Positions 33,309-35,457 of a DNA stretch of 35,457 bases are shown here, piece by piece. The number at the start of each line of letters is the position of its first letter. Position 1 is the stretch's first letter. Made by a program: the position numbers and the translations under genes. A model generated the notes under the pieces. It worked only from the letters and a program-made list of their open reading frames with translations. It searched no databases and was not told the origin of the DNA. Location of the stretch: contig DPNX01000002.1 in the NCBI GenBank assembly GCA_003539915.1, forward strand, positions 1 through 35,457, in the 5' to 3' direction. Source of the DNA: Patescibacteria group bacterium (GTDB lineage Bacteria > Patescibacteriota > Minisyncoccia > UBA6257 > UBA11618).

Positions 33309-33314
33309 TATAAT
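33309..33314 (+). promoter_or_regulatory. -10 box TATAAT, 6 nt before the ATG at 33321
   Basis: An exact TATAAT is followed by tatctc and then ATG. There is no Shine-Dalgarno. Confidence 0.45.
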
Positions 33315-33320
33315 TATCTC

Positions 33321-34670
33321 ATGAAATTAACTTTCAATGGAGGTGTTAAAGCTGTTACTGGTGCAAACTACTTACTAGAGAGCGATCAAACAAAAATATT
33401 AATAGATTGCGGTCTTCATCAAGGGGGGAAGTTTAGTGAGCGACAAAACTGGGACGATTTTCCTTATAGCCCTAAGGATATCAAAGCAGTCTTTATTACT
33501 CACTCGCACATAGATCATATTGGTTTATTACCTAAATTATATAGAGAGGGTTTTAGAGGAACGGTTTATTCCACAACGCCTTGTAAGGAATTCTCAAGAG
33601 TTCTATTAAATGACTCTCAGCATATTTTAGAGATGGAAGCAAAGAGATCAAAGAAACCTATCTTGTATGAAGAAGAGGATATAGTTGGTCTGATGAAACT
33701 TTGGAAAGGAGGTAAATACCACAAGCCTATTACAGTTGATAATTTTACAGTTACTTTTTATAGCGCTGGACATATTCTGGGTTCAAGTATTATTTATATT
33801 GAAGCTGATGGGAAAAGAATTGTTTTCTCTGGAGACTTAGGTAATAGCCCTGCTCCTTTGATTGGTTATAAGGAGGAGTTGCCGGAGACAGATTATTGTT
33901 TAATAGAGTCTACTTATGGTGATCGAATTCACGAAGATATAGCGGAAAGGAAAGATATAATCGAAAATATGATTGAGAACGTGGTTAGATCAGGAGGAAC
34001 TTTAATGATTCCAGCTTTTGCCATGGAAAGAAGTCAGCAGTTACTTTATGTCATTCATGAATTGATGCATGAGGGGCGGGTACCCAAGATACCAGTTTTT
34101 TTAGATAGTCCATTAGCTATTAAGCTAACAGAAATTTATAAGAGGCATCGTAGTTATTTTAGTGAAGATGTCATTGCTCAGATAAAACCAGACGACCCAA
34201 TTTTCAGTTTCCCCGGTTTGAAAAAAACCTTAACAACTATGGAGTCAAAAGCTATTAACGAAGTTGATCCGCCAAAGATTATTATTGCTGGCTCAGGAAT
34301 GATGCATGCTGGCAGAATCTTACATCATTTAAAACGTCACTTACCAGATCCTAATAGTATTCTTTTGATTGTTGGTTTCCAGGCTAAAGGTTCTTTAGGT
34401 CGTCAGCTATTTGACGGAAAAAAGAAAGTGAGGATACATGGTCAAGACGTAGAGGCTCATTGTCGTATCAAAGCTATTGGTGGTTATTCAGCCCATGCTG
34501 ATCAGCCTCAGTTAATGGATTGGTTACGACCGCAGAGAAAAAAATTAAAAAAAGTTTTTGTTGTTCAAGGTGAAGAGAAAGCTAGTGCTGTTCTTAGGGA
34601 TAAGATTAAAGACGAGTTGGTTATTACAGCCAGCATCCCTCAGAAGGGTATTACTTATGATATAATTTAA
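33321..34670 (+). CDS. MBL-fold beta-CASP family nuclease (RNA-metabolising metallo-beta-lactamase type)
   Basis: The HxHxDH motif is HSHIDHIG. A downstream D/H pattern (GDLGN, ESTYGDR, ...GGYSAHAD) is typical of beta-CASP enzymes. Confidence 0.8.
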   Translation: MKLTFNGGVKAVTGANYLLESDQTKILIDCGLHQGGKFSERQNWDDFPYSPKDIKAVFITHSHIDHIGLLPKLYREGFRGTVYSTTPCKEFSRVLLNDSQHILEMEAKRSKKPILYEEEDIVGLMKLWKGGKYHKPITVDNFTVTFYSAGHILGSSIIYIEADGKRIVFSGDLGNSPAPLIGYKEELPETDYCLIESTYGDRIHEDIAERKDIIENMIENVVRSGGTLMIPAFAMERSQQLLYVIHELMHEGRVPKIPVFLDSPLAIKLTEIYKRHRSYFSEDVIAQIKPDDPIFSFPGLKKTLTTMESKAINEVDPPKIIIAGSGMMHAGRILHHLKRHLPDPNSILLIVGFQAKGSLGRQLFDGKKKVRIHGQDVEAHCRIKAIGGYSAHADQPQLMDWLRPQRKKLKKVFVVQGEEKASAVLRDKIKDELVITASIPQKGITYDII

Positions 34671-34674
34671 CGTA

Positions 34675-35253
34675 ATGGCTAATAATAACTTCAAGTATAA
34701 TATGAAGTACAAAATTTGTGTCTCTGGAGCAGCAGAGACCGGGCATTGTGCTAAAGACGCTTTGGAAAAAGCCGAACTATTAGGTCAGGAGATTGCTAAA
34801 GCTGGAATGATTCTGGTTACAGGAGCAACTACTGGTACACCATATTGGTCAGCTAAAGGGGCTAAGGAGGCGGGAGGTACGGTTATAGGATTGTCGCCAG
34901 CAGTTTCTAAGGCTGCACATATTAAGAGTTATCGCTTACCAGTTGATTATCATGACATGATAATTTTTACAGGCTTTGATTATTCAGGAAGAAACTTATT
35001 ATTAACTCGTGCTGCTGATGCGGTAATTACTGTTTGTGGGCGAATGGGTACTTTAAATGAATTTACAATTTCTTTTGAGGATAATAAACCAATGGGAGTT
35101 TTGGAGGGAACTGGTGGTATAGCAGATGAGGTGAGAGACATTGTTGCTAAGGCTCATCGCGGACCTGGTAAGATAGCTTTTGAAAGTGATCCTAGAAAAT
35201 TACTACAACTGGTTGTTGAGTTAATTGATAAAGAAAACAAAGATCTTAATTAA
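34675..35253 (+). CDS. LOG/TIGR00725-like Rossmann-fold protein
   Basis: VTGATTGTPYWSAKGAKEAGGTVIGLSP and CGRMGTLNE resemble the LOG-family GGGxxGxM...GGxVIGIxP and PGGxGTxxE motifs. Confidence 0.6.
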   Translation: MANNNFKYNMKYKICVSGAAETGHCAKDALEKAELLGQEIAKAGMILVTGATTGTPYWSAKGAKEAGGTVIGLSPAVSKAAHIKSYRLPVDYHDMIIFTGFDYSGRNLLLTRAADAVITVCGRMGTLNEFTISFEDNKPMGVLEGTGGIADEVRDIVAKAHRGPGKIAFESDPRKLLQLVVELIDKENKDLN

Positions 35254-35457
35254 TGATCAAAGCTAAGTCTTTAATACCTATAGGTATAATGGCCGGAGCT
35301 ATTATTGGAGCTGGTATTTTTTCTTTGCCATTTATTTTTGCTCAGATAGGAATCTCAAATGGGTTTATTGTAATGGCATTAGCTACAGCAGTTGTGGTGA
35401 TGATTCATTTATTCTATGCCGATATCATTGTTAGAACTAAGGGGCGGCATAATTTTG
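35253..35457 (+). CDS. Amino-acid-permease-like polytopic membrane protein, N-terminal part (3' end cut by window edge)
   Basis: The ATG overlaps the upstream stop (TAATG). The translation MIKAKSLIPIGIMAGAIIGAGIFSLPFIFAQIGISNGF... is open to the window end, and GAGIFSLP is typical of amino acid transporter TM1. Confidence 0.55.
   Translation, partial: MIKAKSLIPIGIMAGAIIGAGIFSLPFIFAQIGISNGFIVMALATAVVVMIHLFYADIIVRTKGRHNF

Noticed and set aside
1-35457. Alternative genetic code (UGA recoded, as in some CPR lineages)
   Set aside because: TGA cleanly terminates several well-defined genes at expected lengths (7518, 9614, 10273, 24443, 32128). No conserved protein is interrupted by in-frame TGA.
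1-35457. Search for tRNA, rRNA, CRISPR repeats, IS or transposase genes, and toxin-antitoxin pairs
   Set aside because: The non-coding gaps are few and short. None contains cloverleaf-like structure, regularly spaced direct repeats or transposase-like ORFs, apart from the 22852-23011 element reported separately.

Overview
This is a low-GC, very tightly packed bacterial chromosome segment spanning the replication origin. jag-yidC-rnpA-rpmH lie on the minus strand and dnaA-dnaN on the plus strand. The dnaA-dnaN spacer carries DnaA boxes, a CTA/TAG trinucleotide run (DnaA-trio-like) and an AT-rich unwinding stretch. The standard genetic code applies, since TGA closes several good ORFs. Several proteins are miniaturised or split: PolA is in two ORFs with no 3'-5' exo domain, YebC is 170 aa, UvrB lacks the UVR tail and HolA is 253 aa. 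Together with the pilin type, this points to a reduced-genome lineage such as Patescibacteria/CPR (inference only). The main item is an 11-ORF, translationally coupled plus-strand operon at 1512-12764, made mostly of secreted or membrane proteins I cannot name. It is built around type IV secretion hallmarks: a VirB6/TrbL-like polytopic protein, a PrgI/VirB3-like protein, a VirB4 ATPase split at an A5 run, and a VirB2-type pilin hairpin fused behind a ~300-aa extracellular domain. No relaxase, coupling protein, VirB11 or integrase is present. The rest is housekeeping: partial UvrD/PcrA helicase, rsmA, PBP1A, ruvC, yebC, an orphan pilB-type ATPase, ruvB, tsaE, split polA, a soluble PAS histidine kinase, mutM, holA, rpsT, uvrB, ruvA, a MurE-like ligase, a beta-CASP MBL nuclease, a LOG-like protein and a partial permease. 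Other observations are -10 boxes placed 6-10 nt before the start codons of nearly all operon-first genes (leaderless mRNA signature), a 51-aa hyper-acidic ORF missed by the ORF track, and a 160-nt inverted-repeat structured element between pilB and ruvB. I saw no rRNA, tRNA, CRISPR array or transposase.
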